Origin: Minisyncoccota bacterium
Lineage (GTDB): Bacteria > Patescibacteriota > Minisyncoccia > Phycocordibacterales > CAJBRS01
Assembly: GCA_017881075.1 (NCBI GenBank)
Contig: JADGRH010000003.1
Location: forward strand, 682-64,681
Length of the DNA: 64,000 nucleotides
Reading direction: 5' to 3'
The position numbers were made by a program, and so were the translations under genes. Shown one piece after another: positions 19,975 through 29,608 of this stretch (positions are counted from its first letter, which is position 1; each line of letters begins with the position of its first letter). The notes below the pieces were generated by a model. The model was not told where the DNA came from, did no database searches, and saw only the letters and a program-made list of their open reading frames with translations.

Positions 19975-20436
19975 ATGGATAAAAAATTAATCAGAGAAAA
20001 ACTTAGTTGGTACAGAGGAAATATAATTTCAGACGCAACCGTGATAGAGGTGGCTTTAGGTTGGAAACTAAGAACCTATTTTTTCCCTAAAACGAATAGA
20101 CAGGCAGGAATTTTCTATTGGCATATTATAAACACTTCTCATTTCAATTTTGATAGAAAAATCTCTCTCTATGAGCAAATCCCATACTTTCAAAAACTGA
20201 AGCAGTATATGAAAGTAAAAAAATCCTTAAGGTTTGTTCAGCAAATAAGAAATGCGATTGCTCATTGGCAGTTAGACGAATGGGAGAGTAATGAAAATGA
20301 AATTGTTATTTACCACCCAAACCTGTTTAAAAAAATAAGACTGAATGATAAATCCATGACCGAATTCAAAGAGCATGAAAAATATCTTCTCAAAACTTTC
20401 GGTTGGGAACAGACTCTTAAGGAAAAATACGCTTAA
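19975..20436 (+). CDS. helical protein with RxxxxH motif (HEPN/MtlR-like fold)
   Basis: IEVAL...FDRKISL...IRNAIAH. Confidence 0.55.
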   Translation: MDKKLIREKLSWYRGNIISDATVIEVALGWKLRTYFFPKTNRQAGIFYWHIINTSHFNFDRKISLYEQIPYFQKLKQYMKVKKSLRFVQQIRNAIAHWQLDEWESNENEIVIYHPNLFKKIRLNDKSMTEFKEHEKYLLKTFGWEQTLKEKYA

Positions 20437-20556
20437 ATGCAATCTCCTATATTCAAAAAGGTTCCAACTTCATCCCACACTCTCCGCCAAGAAAACTTAG
20501 TATTGGCATGACCCGAGTGCCTGGGATTGTGGGGCGATCTGAATAGAAAAACGGAG

Positions 20557-20579
20557 AGTCAATTTGGACTCTCCGTTTT
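20557..20579. terminator. bidirectional terminator-like hairpin (stem begins ~20548)
   Basis: aaaacggagagtc-aatttg-gactctccgtttt. Confidence 0.55.
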
Positions 20580-20982
20580 GAGGCAGAGGATGAGAAATCA
20601 TTTTTTCTCTTTTGGCTTCTCTTTGGGCGGCTTCGGAAGCGTGCTCTCGGAGACAAAAGTATCTTGTGGTTGCTCACCATCTCGCTTGTATTTATCCAAA
20701 GGACTTGGCGGTCCGCCTTTTTTGAACGGGTTAGGCGGTGTTCCGATGATGCCGTGCTTTTTCATGAGTTTCCTTTCGGTTGGCGGTTTGCTATTCATTC
20801 TCAATGCTACCAGAAATTTCCGTGATTGCCAGAAAGTGACCCCGACCCACATACCTCGATTCAATCTCCAAAATGATGCTAAAATAGCCTTACGGGATCT
20901 CACTGCACGGGTACCTAACTCGAGTGTCCCGCCAAGAGATAATTGCTCAACTCATTATTAATTGAATAGAGATATAAAAAAT

Positions 20983-21285
20983 ATGAATCACGAAAACCCT
21001 GAAAGTTCACCTCTTACACAAGCCATTAATCTAATGCCTACAGAAATGCGTTGTATTGATGAAACGGTTGAGGGTACTTCTTTAACAGCTGATGATATAA
21101 GATTGGTTGCACTCGAACCAAAAATTGAAACAGCTCTACACGCAATGAGAGGCGATGCTATTCGTGTTGGCGATGAAAAAGCTTCCAAAGAAGAAATCAC
21201 TGAATTTGCCAAACTATTAAAAAATAAAGCAACCCAGTATTCTCAACTTGTTGATACTCTAGAAAATATTTTGACTGAGGCCTAA
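20983..21285 (+). CDS. hypothetical protein
   Basis: 100-aa ORF with typical codon content. Confidence 0.5.
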   Translation: MNHENPESSPLTQAINLMPTEMRCIDETVEGTSLTADDIRLVALEPKIETALHAMRGDAIRVGDEKASKEEITEFAKLLKNKATQYSQLVDTLENILTEA

Positions 21286-21297
21286 GTCATCTAAGTC

Positions 21298-21588
21298 ATG
21301 AACTCCATAATCAAACACCCTAGCGCCTGGCTGCCGATAGTGATATCGCTTTTAGTTTTAGCAACAATACTTATTACTATTACCGTATCCGGTCCTCCCT
21401 CACCTCAGCCGGACGAAGGAGTTGGCGCACACCTATTTCAGATCTGGTTAGCTCTAGAAGTTTTAATGATCGCATTTTTCGCAATTCAGTGGCTTCCAAA
21501 GAAACCAGAGGAAGCAGTCTTAGTTCTAGTGATTCAAATCGTTGCCGTACTTGCAGCATGTGCTCCTGTTTTCTATTTTCATTTATAA
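21298..21588 (+). CDS. small membrane protein
   Basis: 3 TMs, DEGVGAHLFQIWL motif. Confidence 0.65.
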   Translation: MNSIIKHPSAWLPIVISLLVLATILITITVSGPPSPQPDEGVGAHLFQIWLALEVLMIAFFAIQWLPKKPEEAVLVLVIQIVAVLAACAPVFYFHL

Positions 21589-21598
21589 ATTAGGTATT

Positions 21599-22243
21599 TT
21601 AATGTGCCACCACAATAGCAATAACTTTTCTAGCCCCGGCGCGACGAAGGGTGGCGGAGGCCTCTTTTAATGTCGCGCCGGTGGTCGTGACGTCGTCTAT
21701 CAGGATAATGTTGCGGCCACGAATCTTTTCGGAGTTCTTTACTTGAAAAGAGCCGCGGAGGTTTTGAAGGCGTGACGAACGGGGGAGCGAGCTTTGCGGG
21801 GGAGTGTCTTTTGTTTTGACCAAGACTTTTATTTCGAGGGTGAAGATGTTGTTGCGGTCGAGTCGCATCATTTCTTTAGCTAGATTTTCTGTTTGGTTGT
21901 AGCCGCGCGCCTTTTGGCGCGCGGCTGACAATGGTATCGGAATCAGGATCGGCGAAACGAAGTGGCTGAATTGGCTCAAGTCTTCCAATTCAGCCACAAG
22001 TTCCGAGTAAAGTATCTCTGCCAGAAGCCGGCTGACCTTCCGATGATTTCTGTATTTGATCTGCCAGATAGCAGCTCGCACCAAAGGATCTTTATAACTG
22101 AAGATGGCCAGGACGGTTTCCTGTTTTCTCTGAACACTCTTCTCTGCCCGATGGTAAAAATCGGCCACAGAGAGCTCCTCAAGCATTCGCAATTCGCTTG
22201 ATCGGGGCAGGAAGAGGTCGATTAGATTTCGCCACCAGAGCAT
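21599..22243 (-). CDS. comF: ComF family amidophosphoribosyltransferase-like competence protein
   Basis: IPIPLS..RQKARGYNQ, ILIDDVTTTGATL. Confidence 0.9.
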   Translation of the reverse strand: MLWWRNLIDLFLPRSSELRMLEELSVADFYHRAEKSVQRKQETVLAIFSYKDPLVRAAIWQIKYRNHRKVSRLLAEILYSELVAELEDLSQFSHFVSPILIPIPLSAARQKARGYNQTENLAKEMMRLDRNNIFTLEIKVLVKTKDTPPQSSLPRSSRLQNLRGSFQVKNSEKIRGRNIILIDDVTTTGATLKEASATLRRAGARKVIAIVVAH

Positions 22244-22313
22244 CTCACCACTCTATCGGATAACCCCTGAAATTATGCTTAAAAATTGATAAAATAATGA
22301 TATAATTTTACGG

Positions 22314-23432
22314 ATGGAGAACCCATTTAAAAACTTCTTGAAAAAAACCGACCGTAGTGTTCTAGGTGTTGATATTGGCACTTCGGCCATCAAGATCGTT
22401 CAATTGCGCAAAAAGAAAGAAGTGGCCGTGCTGGAGACTTACGGTGAATTAGCCCTTGGCCCATATGCCGGTCTTTCTGTTGGCCAAGCTACCAATTTGC
22501 CCCCGGATAAGCTCGCCGAAGCCATCACTGATGTTTTGAGAGAATCCAATACCTCCACTATGAATGCTGGCATCTCCATTCCCTTTCGGTCTAGTCTGGT
22601 TACATTGATGGAATTGCCACCGGTGGCGAGCAAAAAATTGGATGAGATGATCCCGATAGAAGCGCGTAAATATATTCCAGTGCCGATCTCGGAGGTTACT
22701 CTTGACTGGTGGGTCATTCCCAAAGAGGATTCCGCCACTGATTTTGTGGAAGACGACGCGGAATCCGAAGAAAGAAAAAGTAAGACGGATGTGTTAGTTG
22801 TCTCCATTCATAATGAGGTTTTAAACGCTTATACCGACATAGTTAAAAAGGCGGCACTCAATGCCAGTTTTTTTGAAATTGAAATGTTCAGTGCTACTCG
22901 TTCCCTGATTGATCAAGAGCCTTCACCGGTGATGATTTTTGATATGGGTGCTTCATCAACCAAAATTTACATTCTGGACCACGGTATTATCAGAAACTCT
23001 CACATCATTAATAAAGGATCCCAGGAAATCACCCTAAGCATCTCAAAAGGAATGAATTTGCCAATTGCCCGAGCCGAACAAGTGAAGAGAAGTTTTGGCG
23101 GAGGATCTCTAAAACCGGAAGAGGAAAAAAATATTTCGGAAATGGTCTCCCTGACCCTGGATTTTATTTTTTCCGAAGCGAGCGGCGTCCTGCTTAGTTA
23201 TCAGAAAAAATATCAGAAAACTATCAGCAAGGTTGTACTTACCGGTGGGGGCGTAGCACTCTCAGGATTTGTAGAGTTAGCCAAGGCTAATTTCCAGACA
23301 GAGGTGGTGCTCGGGGAACCATTCACCAAGGTGGAAGCGCCGGCCTTCCTGCAGGATGTTCTAAAGGCCACAGGGCTCGAGTTTGCCGTAGCCGTGGGTA
23401 TTGCGCTCCGCAAGCTCCAGGAGATTGATTAG
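22314..23432 (+). CDS. pilM: type IV pilus assembly protein PilM
   Basis: LGVDIGTSAIKIV, DMGASST, VLTGGG, AVAVGIALR. Confidence 0.93.
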   Translation: MENPFKNFLKKTDRSVLGVDIGTSAIKIVQLRKKKEVAVLETYGELALGPYAGLSVGQATNLPPDKLAEAITDVLRESNTSTMNAGISIPFRSSLVTLMELPPVASKKLDEMIPIEARKYIPVPISEVTLDWWVIPKEDSATDFVEDDAESEERKSKTDVLVVSIHNEVLNAYTDIVKKAALNASFFEIEMFSATRSLIDQEPSPVMIFDMGASSTKIYILDHGIIRNSHIINKGSQEITLSISKGMNLPIARAEQVKRSFGGGSLKPEEEKNISEMVSLTLDFIFSEASGVLLSYQKKYQKTISKVVLTGGGVALSGFVELAKANFQTEVVLGEPFTKVEAPAFLQDVLKATGLEFAVAVGIALRKLQEID

Positions 23433-23477
23433 GGCTTCATAAGTGCTATAATTATTTTATATTGACCAGCAATTTCC

Positions 23478-24134
23478 ATGGTAGAAAGTAAATTTCAAAC
23501 ATCGTTCATTCCCAAAAAACCGATTGACAGTCGGCCGGCGCCGAGAAGTCGCCGGCCGGCCGGTCTCTTCCGTTTGCTCGCTACCCTTATTTTTTTAATC
23601 AGTCTGGCAGTTTGGGGCGGTATGTTTTTATGGAAAAGCTATCTAAACAATAAGATTGTTGGCGCTCAAGCCAGTCTTCAGGCTAGTCAGCGTGAATTTG
23701 AATCGGGAACGGTTACCACTCTCACCCGTCTGAACAATCGCCTTACTTCTTCTCAAGATATTCTCAATAACCATCTAGCTGTTTCCAAACTCTTTAGCGA
23801 ACTTCAGGCCATGACCCTGAAGAGCGTTCGTTATAACGATTTTAGTCTTGCTTACGCTGGTCCGGATAAGGGCCTCTCTCTGACAATGAAAGGGCAAGCT
23901 CAAAGTTATGCCTCTGTAGCCAAGCAGTCTGATTCATTCAGTCAGAACCGGGATTTTCACAGTCCTATTTTTTCCAATCTTGATCTGGATACAAGTGGCC
24001 GAATCGTTTTCAGTGTTAACAGTACTTTGAATGCCCGCGATTTCATCTATGGTCCGTTAGTAACCGCCGATAATGGAACGGCTTCCACAACCTCAACTCC
24101 GAGCGCCGCCAGTTCCTATTTTAATAATCAATAA
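23478..24134 (+). CDS. pilN: PilN-like protein
   Basis: FQTSFIPKK N-terminus, single TM, follows pilM. Confidence 0.7.
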   Translation: MVESKFQTSFIPKKPIDSRPAPRSRRPAGLFRLLATLIFLISLAVWGGMFLWKSYLNNKIVGAQASLQASQREFESGTVTTLTRLNNRLTSSQDILNNHLAVSKLFSELQAMTLKSVRYNDFSLAYAGPDKGLSLTMKGQAQSYASVAKQSDSFSQNRDFHSPIFSNLDLDTSGRIVFSVNSTLNARDFIYGPLVTADNGTASTTSTPSAASSYFNNQ

Positions 24135-24136
24135 AC

Positions 24137-24691
24137 ATGCGTTCATTTATTTCCATTGCCATGATCGTAGCCGCCGCCGGTGTTTTCTATTTTGGCATTG
24201 ATCCGGCCTACAATAGTGCCGATGGGGGGATAAAGGTTCTCCGAGCGACAGTGGCGGATTATAATACAGCATTAGACAATTCCGCAGAGCTCCGAAAAGT
24301 GCGGGGAGCATTGATCAGTAAATATAATAACTTGGACAAGACCAATCTTGATCGGCTAGCGAAACTTCTGCCAGATGGAGTGGACAACGTCAGGCTCATC
24401 CTGGATATCAACAGCATGGCGGCTAAATACGGCATGAGCATTAAAAATATTAAGATTACTCAGGATAATGTCATAGGAACGGGAGCGACACCGGCCAGTA
24501 ATCAAAATCCAGTTGGATCTATTAAACTTTCTTTTGCCGTAACCACCTCCTATGAGAATTATCTTCAGTTTCTTACTGACATGGAGAAGAGTTTAAGGAT
24601 CGTGGACGTAGTCGGATTATCCTTCGTTACTAATGATAAAGACAATACCGTCACTTACACCACCATTTTGCAAACCTATTGGCTCAAATAA
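24137..24691 (+). CDS. pilO: PilO-like protein
   Basis: LAKLLPD...SYENYLQFLTDMEKSLRIVDV. Confidence 0.8.
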   Translation: MRSFISIAMIVAAAGVFYFGIDPAYNSADGGIKVLRATVADYNTALDNSAELRKVRGALISKYNNLDKTNLDRLAKLLPDGVDNVRLILDINSMAAKYGMSIKNIKITQDNVIGTGATPASNQNPVGSIKLSFAVTTSYENYLQFLTDMEKSLRIVDVVGLSFVTNDKDNTVTYTTILQTYWLK

Positions 24692-24694
24692 TTT

Positions 24695-25096
24695 ATGATC
24701 GAAGCAATTAAAAAATATAAAAGACCTCTAACAATCATCGCTGTTTTATTCATTGCCTTTCTTGTTTATAGTTATTTTAAGGGGGGGAGTAATACTAACA
24801 ATAATGTCTTAACAGTTTCCAATCCGAGCGGTGGAACTAATAGTGCTCTGGCCCAACAATTTTTTAATCAACTCCTAACCCTCCAAAAGCTCAATCTGGA
24901 CGACCGTATTTTTGCCGACCCCCGCTTTCAGAATCTGGAGGATTTCGGCCAACCCCTCCCTGATGAGCCGCAAGGCAGACCCAATCCTTTTGCTCCGATT
25001 GGGGTGGATGTTTCCTACAGTCCAACGATAGGGAGTTCCACAGTTCATACTTATAATCTAAACTTCACCTCTTCCACTAGCTCTTCTTCGCAATAA
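24695..25096 (+). CDS. PilP-like membrane protein
   Basis: N-terminal TM, GRPNPFAP motif, position after pilO. Confidence 0.55.
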   Translation: MIEAIKKYKRPLTIIAVLFIAFLVYSYFKGGSNTNNNVLTVSNPSGGTNSALAQQFFNQLLTLQKLNLDDRIFADPRFQNLEDFGQPLPDEPQGRPNPFAPIGVDVSYSPTIGSSTVHTYNLNFTSSTSSSSQ

Positions 25097-25111
25097 TCAC
25101 CAAAATCAATA

Positions 25112-26833
25112 ATGAGTTTCTTAGAAACACTAGCGGACAAAAGCCTTATTTCCCCAGATGAAATTGAGGGGATTAAAGATGAGGCTAGAACAGAAGGTAA
25201 AAGCATTGACGAGGTTTTAAGAGAAAAGGGTATTTCACCTGAGGAAATTCTAAAAGCCAAGGGCGAATATCTCCAGATTCCAGTCAGGGCACTGAACGGT
25301 CGGGAAGTGCCCTTTGAAATTATGAAGTATATTCCGGAAGAATCCGCCCTCCATTACAAGATTATTCCCCTGGGGCTCGCGGATGGAGTGTTGGAAGTGG
25401 GCTTGGTGGAGCCGGACAACATTGAGGCTCGTGATGCTCTGAATTTTATTTCCTCTAAAAACAATTTACCGTTCAAAATCTTCATCGTCAGTGAAGAAGA
25501 TTTTGAACACGTCCTTGCTTCCTACAAAGGATTTTCCGGAGAAGTGACCAAGGCTCTTACCGAACTTGAGGGGGATATGTCAGCCGAAGAGATTGAGATT
25601 GAAAAATTACAGAAAGAAAAAGTACCCCAAAAAGGGCATCAAGCCAATATCATTGAAGATGCTCCGGTGACGAAAATAGTGGCTACTATCTTACGCTACG
25701 CTCTGGATGGTGAGGCCTCCGACGTTCACATTGAACCGATGAGAGATAAGGTCCGAGTCCGTTTTAGAATGGATGGCCTTTTGAATACATCACTAATTTT
25801 ACCGCCCAATGTTCATCCGGCGGTAGTGGCCAGAATCAAAATCCTTTCTGATATGAAGCTGGACGAGAAACGAAAGCCTCAGGACGGCCGTTTCAGCGCC
25901 AGGATTGAGGGCCGAAAAATAGATTTTCGTGTTTCCACTTTCCCTGCCTACTATGGGGAGAAGGTCGTAATGAGAATTCTGGATCAGGAGAAAGGAGTCA
26001 GAAAGCTCGATTCCATGGGACTTTCAAAGCGCAACTATGAACTGATCGTTGAGGCCATCGACCGACCATACGGCTTAATTCTCATTACCGGTCCGACTGG
26101 TTCCGGAAAAAGTACCACCCTCTATTCCATGTTGAATGAAATTGACCGGGAAGGCATGAACGTCCTCTCTCTGGAAGATCCGGTCGAATATAATATTGAT
26201 GGGGTCAGTCAGTCACAAGTGCGTCCGGAGATCGGCTACACTTTTGCTACCGGTCTTCGTACCACTTTGCGTCAGGATCCGGATGTAATTATGGTCGGAG
26301 AAATTCGCGACAAGGAAACAGCGGCACTGGCTGTTCAAGCCGCTCTTACCGGTCACTTAGTGCTTTCCACCCTTCACACCAACACTGCCATGGGCGCCAT
26401 TCCTCGTTTAATTGATATGGGTATTGATCCTTATCTCATTGCTCCTACTCTCATTCTTACTATGGCCCAAAGACTGGTTGCCCAGATCTGTCCCGGCGGC
26501 GGTAAAGAGATTCCGATCGAGGGTAGTCTTAAGATGAGGATTGACAAGATATTTGAAGATCTACCGGATAAATACAAAGAGGAAATTCCGAAAGTGAAAA
26601 CAGTCCTTGAAGCTACTCCAACAGAGGAGTGTCCGAAAGGAACCCGCGGCCGCATTGCCGTCTGTGAAGCTTTCAAGATGGACAAAGAATTAGAAGAAGC
26701 CATCCTAAAGGATCCGACCGAATTAAATCTGACTAAGATTCTGCGCAGTAAAGGAATGCTTACAATGAAAGAGGACGCCATTCTTAAGGCTTTCCGCAGA
26801 GAGATCCCCTTTGAAGAAGTGAACAAACTATAA
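25112..26833 (+). CDS. pilB: type IV pilus extension ATPase (PilB/GspE)
   Basis: ASDVHIEP, KPQDGRF, GPTGSGKS, LRQDPDVIMVGEIRD, LSTLHTN. Confidence 0.95.
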   Translation: MSFLETLADKSLISPDEIEGIKDEARTEGKSIDEVLREKGISPEEILKAKGEYLQIPVRALNGREVPFEIMKYIPEESALHYKIIPLGLADGVLEVGLVEPDNIEARDALNFISSKNNLPFKIFIVSEEDFEHVLASYKGFSGEVTKALTELEGDMSAEEIEIEKLQKEKVPQKGHQANIIEDAPVTKIVATILRYALDGEASDVHIEPMRDKVRVRFRMDGLLNTSLILPPNVHPAVVARIKILSDMKLDEKRKPQDGRFSARIEGRKIDFRVSTFPAYYGEKVVMRILDQEKGVRKLDSMGLSKRNYELIVEAIDRPYGLILITGPTGSGKSTTLYSMLNEIDREGMNVLSLEDPVEYNIDGVSQSQVRPEIGYTFATGLRTTLRQDPDVIMVGEIRDKETAALAVQAALTGHLVLSTLHTNTAMGAIPRLIDMGIDPYLIAPTLILTMAQRLVAQICPGGGKEIPIEGSLKMRIDKIFEDLPDKYKEEIPKVKTVLEATPTEECPKGTRGRIAVCEAFKMDKELEEAILKDPTELNLTKILRSKGMLTMKEDAILKAFRREIPFEEVNKL

Positions 26834-26846
26834 TAGAATAGAGTCT

Positions 26847-27233
26847 ATGCCTAAATACAAAATCCTATTAGTGGATGATGACAAGTTTCTCCTTAATATG
26901 TATGCCATGAAGTTTCAAAAGGAGGGCCTGGAAATCTTTACAGCAACCGATGGGGCGGTAGCTCTTCAACGACTCCAAGAAGGTTTGTCTCCCGATGTAA
27001 TTCTACTCGACATTATTTTACCCACTATGGATGGCCTGAAATTTCTGGAGGAATTACGTAAAAAGAAATTAGTGCCAAATGCGGCGGTTATTCTCTTAAC
27101 CAATCAAAGTGAGTCCACCGACATTGAAGAAGCCAAGAAGCTTGGAATTGACGGCTATATTGTCAAAGCGACCACCATCCCTTCAGAAGTTTTAAATGAA
27201 GTAATGAAAGTTTTAAAAGCCCGTAAGGTTTAA
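26847..27233 (+). CDS. single-domain response regulator
   Basis: ILLVDDD, PDVILLDIILPTMDG, YIVK. Confidence 0.9.
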   Translation: MPKYKILLVDDDKFLLNMYAMKFQKEGLEIFTATDGAVALQRLQEGLSPDVILLDIILPTMDGLKFLEELRKKKLVPNAAVILLTNQSESTDIEEAKKLGIDGYIVKATTIPSEVLNEVMKVLKARKV

Positions 27234-27238
27234 AAAAT

Positions 27239-28300
27239 ATGGATTATAAAAAAGAACTGGACGATTTAATTACCACCGTCATTCGAGAAGGAGGGTCGGA
27301 TTTGCACCTTTCGGAAAATCGTCATCCAACCATCCGAGTCTCTGCCGAGCTGATTCCTTTGGTAAAAAAAGAACTTCTTACCAGTAAAGATACCTCTGCC
27401 TTTTTGGATATTTTGCTCTCCCCCGCAAATAAACAGCGCTTTCTGGAAATGAAAGAAGTGGACTTCTCCTATAATTTTAATGCTCAAGCTCGGTTTCGGG
27501 GAAACGGTTTTTTCCAACAAGGGAAAGTCAGTATTGCCCTCCGATTGATTCCAAAGGCTATTGCGACCATCGCTGAACTCCAGCTTCCTCCGGTTCTGGA
27601 AACTTTTTCCCGAAAGAAGCAGGGGTTTTTCTTAGTTGTCGGTCCGGTGGGGCAGGGCAAGACCACCACTTTGGCCTCTCTGATAGAACTGATCAATCAA
27701 GAGAGGGCGGAACACATCATTACCATTGAAGATCCTATTGAGTACGTCTATGAGCAGAAAAAATCTATTATTGATCAGCGGGAGGTGCGAGTAGATACTG
27801 CCGATTTCCATATTGCTCTGGCTAGCGTTTTACGCGAAGATGTCAATGTCATTCTTCTTGGAGAAATGAGAAATCCGGAGACGATGGCGGCGGCTGTCAC
27901 CGCCGCCGAAACCGGCCACCTTGTCTTTTCCACCTTGCACACCAATAATGCCGGCCAAACCATTGACCGCATCATTGATTCATTTCCAGCCGAGCAGCAA
28001 AATCAAATTCGGGTGCAATTGGCCGGAACTCTCTCTGGTGTATTTTCGCAACGGTTGGTACCAAGAATTTCCGGTGGTCTCATTCCCATCTATGAATTAC
28101 TGATTGCTAATTCTGCCGTGGCTAATCTTATTCGTGAAAAGAGGACCCATGAGATCAATACAGTGGTGGAGACGAGCTCGGAGGAAGGAATGATTGACAT
28201 GAACCGTTCCATTGTGGAGCGCGTGCGAGCCGGAGAGATAACCATTGAAAACGGATATAGACACTCATTTAATCCGAAGATATTGGAGAAAATGTTATAA
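27239..28300 (+). CDS. pilT: type IV pilus retraction ATPase
   Basis: SDLHL, GPVGQGKTTT, TIEDPIE, AAETGHLVFSTLHTN, NLIRE. Confidence 0.94.
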   Translation: MDYKKELDDLITTVIREGGSDLHLSENRHPTIRVSAELIPLVKKELLTSKDTSAFLDILLSPANKQRFLEMKEVDFSYNFNAQARFRGNGFFQQGKVSIALRLIPKAIATIAELQLPPVLETFSRKKQGFFLVVGPVGQGKTTTLASLIELINQERAEHIITIEDPIEYVYEQKKSIIDQREVRVDTADFHIALASVLREDVNVILLGEMRNPETMAAAVTAAETGHLVFSTLHTNNAGQTIDRIIDSFPAEQQNQIRVQLAGTLSGVFSQRLVPRISGGLIPIYELLIANSAVANLIREKRTHEINTVVETSSEEGMIDMNRSIVERVRAGEITIENGYRHSFNPKILEKML

Positions 28301-28309
28301 AAATAAGTC

Positions 28310-29518
28310 ATGCTATTTAATTATAAAGCTATAGATTCAACCGGGGCAGAGAAAAGAGGCTCAATTGAGGCCATTAATGTTGATGTCGCTATTAATGGTT
28401 TGCAACGGCGAGGGTTGATTATTTCTGAAATCAAGTCTGCCGAAGAGGATGGATCTTTTTTCGGTCGGAAATTAGGCATCTTCCAACATGTTTCAAACAA
28501 AGAAGTAGTCATCTTGTCTCGTCAGATGGCCACTCTCTTTGCCGCCCAAGTCTCGGCCCTCCGGATTTTCCGCTTGCTCTCTACCGAAGTAGATAACGAT
28601 GCTCTAAAAACTATTTTAACCGAAGTATCCGACGATCTTCAAGGAGGCAGTACTATCTCTAAAGCTCTAACCAAACATCCAAAAGTTTTTTCTCCTTTTT
28701 ATGTAAATATGGTCAAGGCTGGAGAAGAATCAGGTAAACTTGATGAAACTTTTATCTATCTGGCCGACTATCTTGATAGAAATTATGCCGTTACTTCCAA
28801 AGCCCGGAACGCCTTGATTTATCCGGCTTTTGTCATTTTTACCTTTATAGCGGTTATGATTTTGATGCTTACACTGGTTATTCCAAAGATTAGTGTCATT
28901 CTTACCAGTGCCGGTCAGCAAGTGCCGCTTTATACACGCATCGTTATAGGCATTAGCGCCTTCGTGGTAGATTACGGAGTCTTTCTAATCATTGCTCTCA
29001 TTCTGCTCGGCATCTTTGGCTTCTATTACATGCGCACCTCGGCTGGTAAAGAGGCCTGGGCCAGGACTCAATTAAGCATTCCATATGTTGGCTCGCTTTA
29101 TCGTAAGCTCTATCTTTCTCGAATAGCGGACAATATGAATACGCTTCTCATTAGCGGCCTGCCTATGATCAAGGCTCTTGAGCTAAGTGCCAATGTGGTG
29201 GACAGTGTTATTTATGAGAATATCCTGCTTCAGACACTGGAATCGGTGAAAGGGGGAAGTGCTCTTTCTGACGCCTTAGGCAGACACGCTGATATTCCGA
29301 GTATTATGGTTCAAATGGTGAAGATCGGTGAAGAGACAGGAGAGCTGGGCCATATTCTGGATACTCTGGCCAAGTTCTATCAAAGAGAAGTGGTCAATGC
29401 TGTAGATACTCTGGTGGATCTTATCGAGCCGGTGATGATTGTGCTCCTCGGTCTCGGGGTAGGGTTCCTCTTGGCCTCGGTTCTAATCCCTATCTACAAC
29501 ATCAGTTCGGCTATTTAA
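28310..29518 (+). CDS. pilC: type IV pilus platform protein PilC/GspF
   Basis: two T2SSF repeats, AGEESGKL, IGEETGEL, LIEP. Confidence 0.94.
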   Translation: MLFNYKAIDSTGAEKRGSIEAINVDVAINGLQRRGLIISEIKSAEEDGSFFGRKLGIFQHVSNKEVVILSRQMATLFAAQVSALRIFRLLSTEVDNDALKTILTEVSDDLQGGSTISKALTKHPKVFSPFYVNMVKAGEESGKLDETFIYLADYLDRNYAVTSKARNALIYPAFVIFTFIAVMILMLTLVIPKISVILTSAGQQVPLYTRIVIGISAFVVDYGVFLIIALILLGIFGFYYMRTSAGKEAWARTQLSIPYVGSLYRKLYLSRIADNMNTLLISGLPMIKALELSANVVDSVIYENILLQTLESVKGGSALSDALGRHADIPSIMVQMVKIGEETGELGHILDTLAKFYQREVVNAVDTLVDLIEPVMIVLLGLGVGFLLASVLIPIYNISSAI

Positions 29519-29608
29519 CTTATCCACAAGAACCTTTCCGATAGGCTCTTTTTCCTATATAATATGCTTAAATACTAGGTCGAGCATTAAATCAAACGAA
29601 CAAAATAA

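Larger units (their letters stand above)
15456..20487. mobile_element. ~5.0 kb integrative element (large serine recombinase plus rolling-circle Rep) in tRNA-Ser
   Basis: 12-bp direct repeat CACACTCTCCGC at 15456-15467 (tRNA 3' end) and 20476-20487 (followed by CA, restoring CCA); integrase and Rep lie between. Confidence 0.85.

Noticed and set aside
15456-20487. Complete inovirus prophage
   Set aside because: No Zot/pI ATPase or small TM coat proteins are recognisable within the att boundaries.
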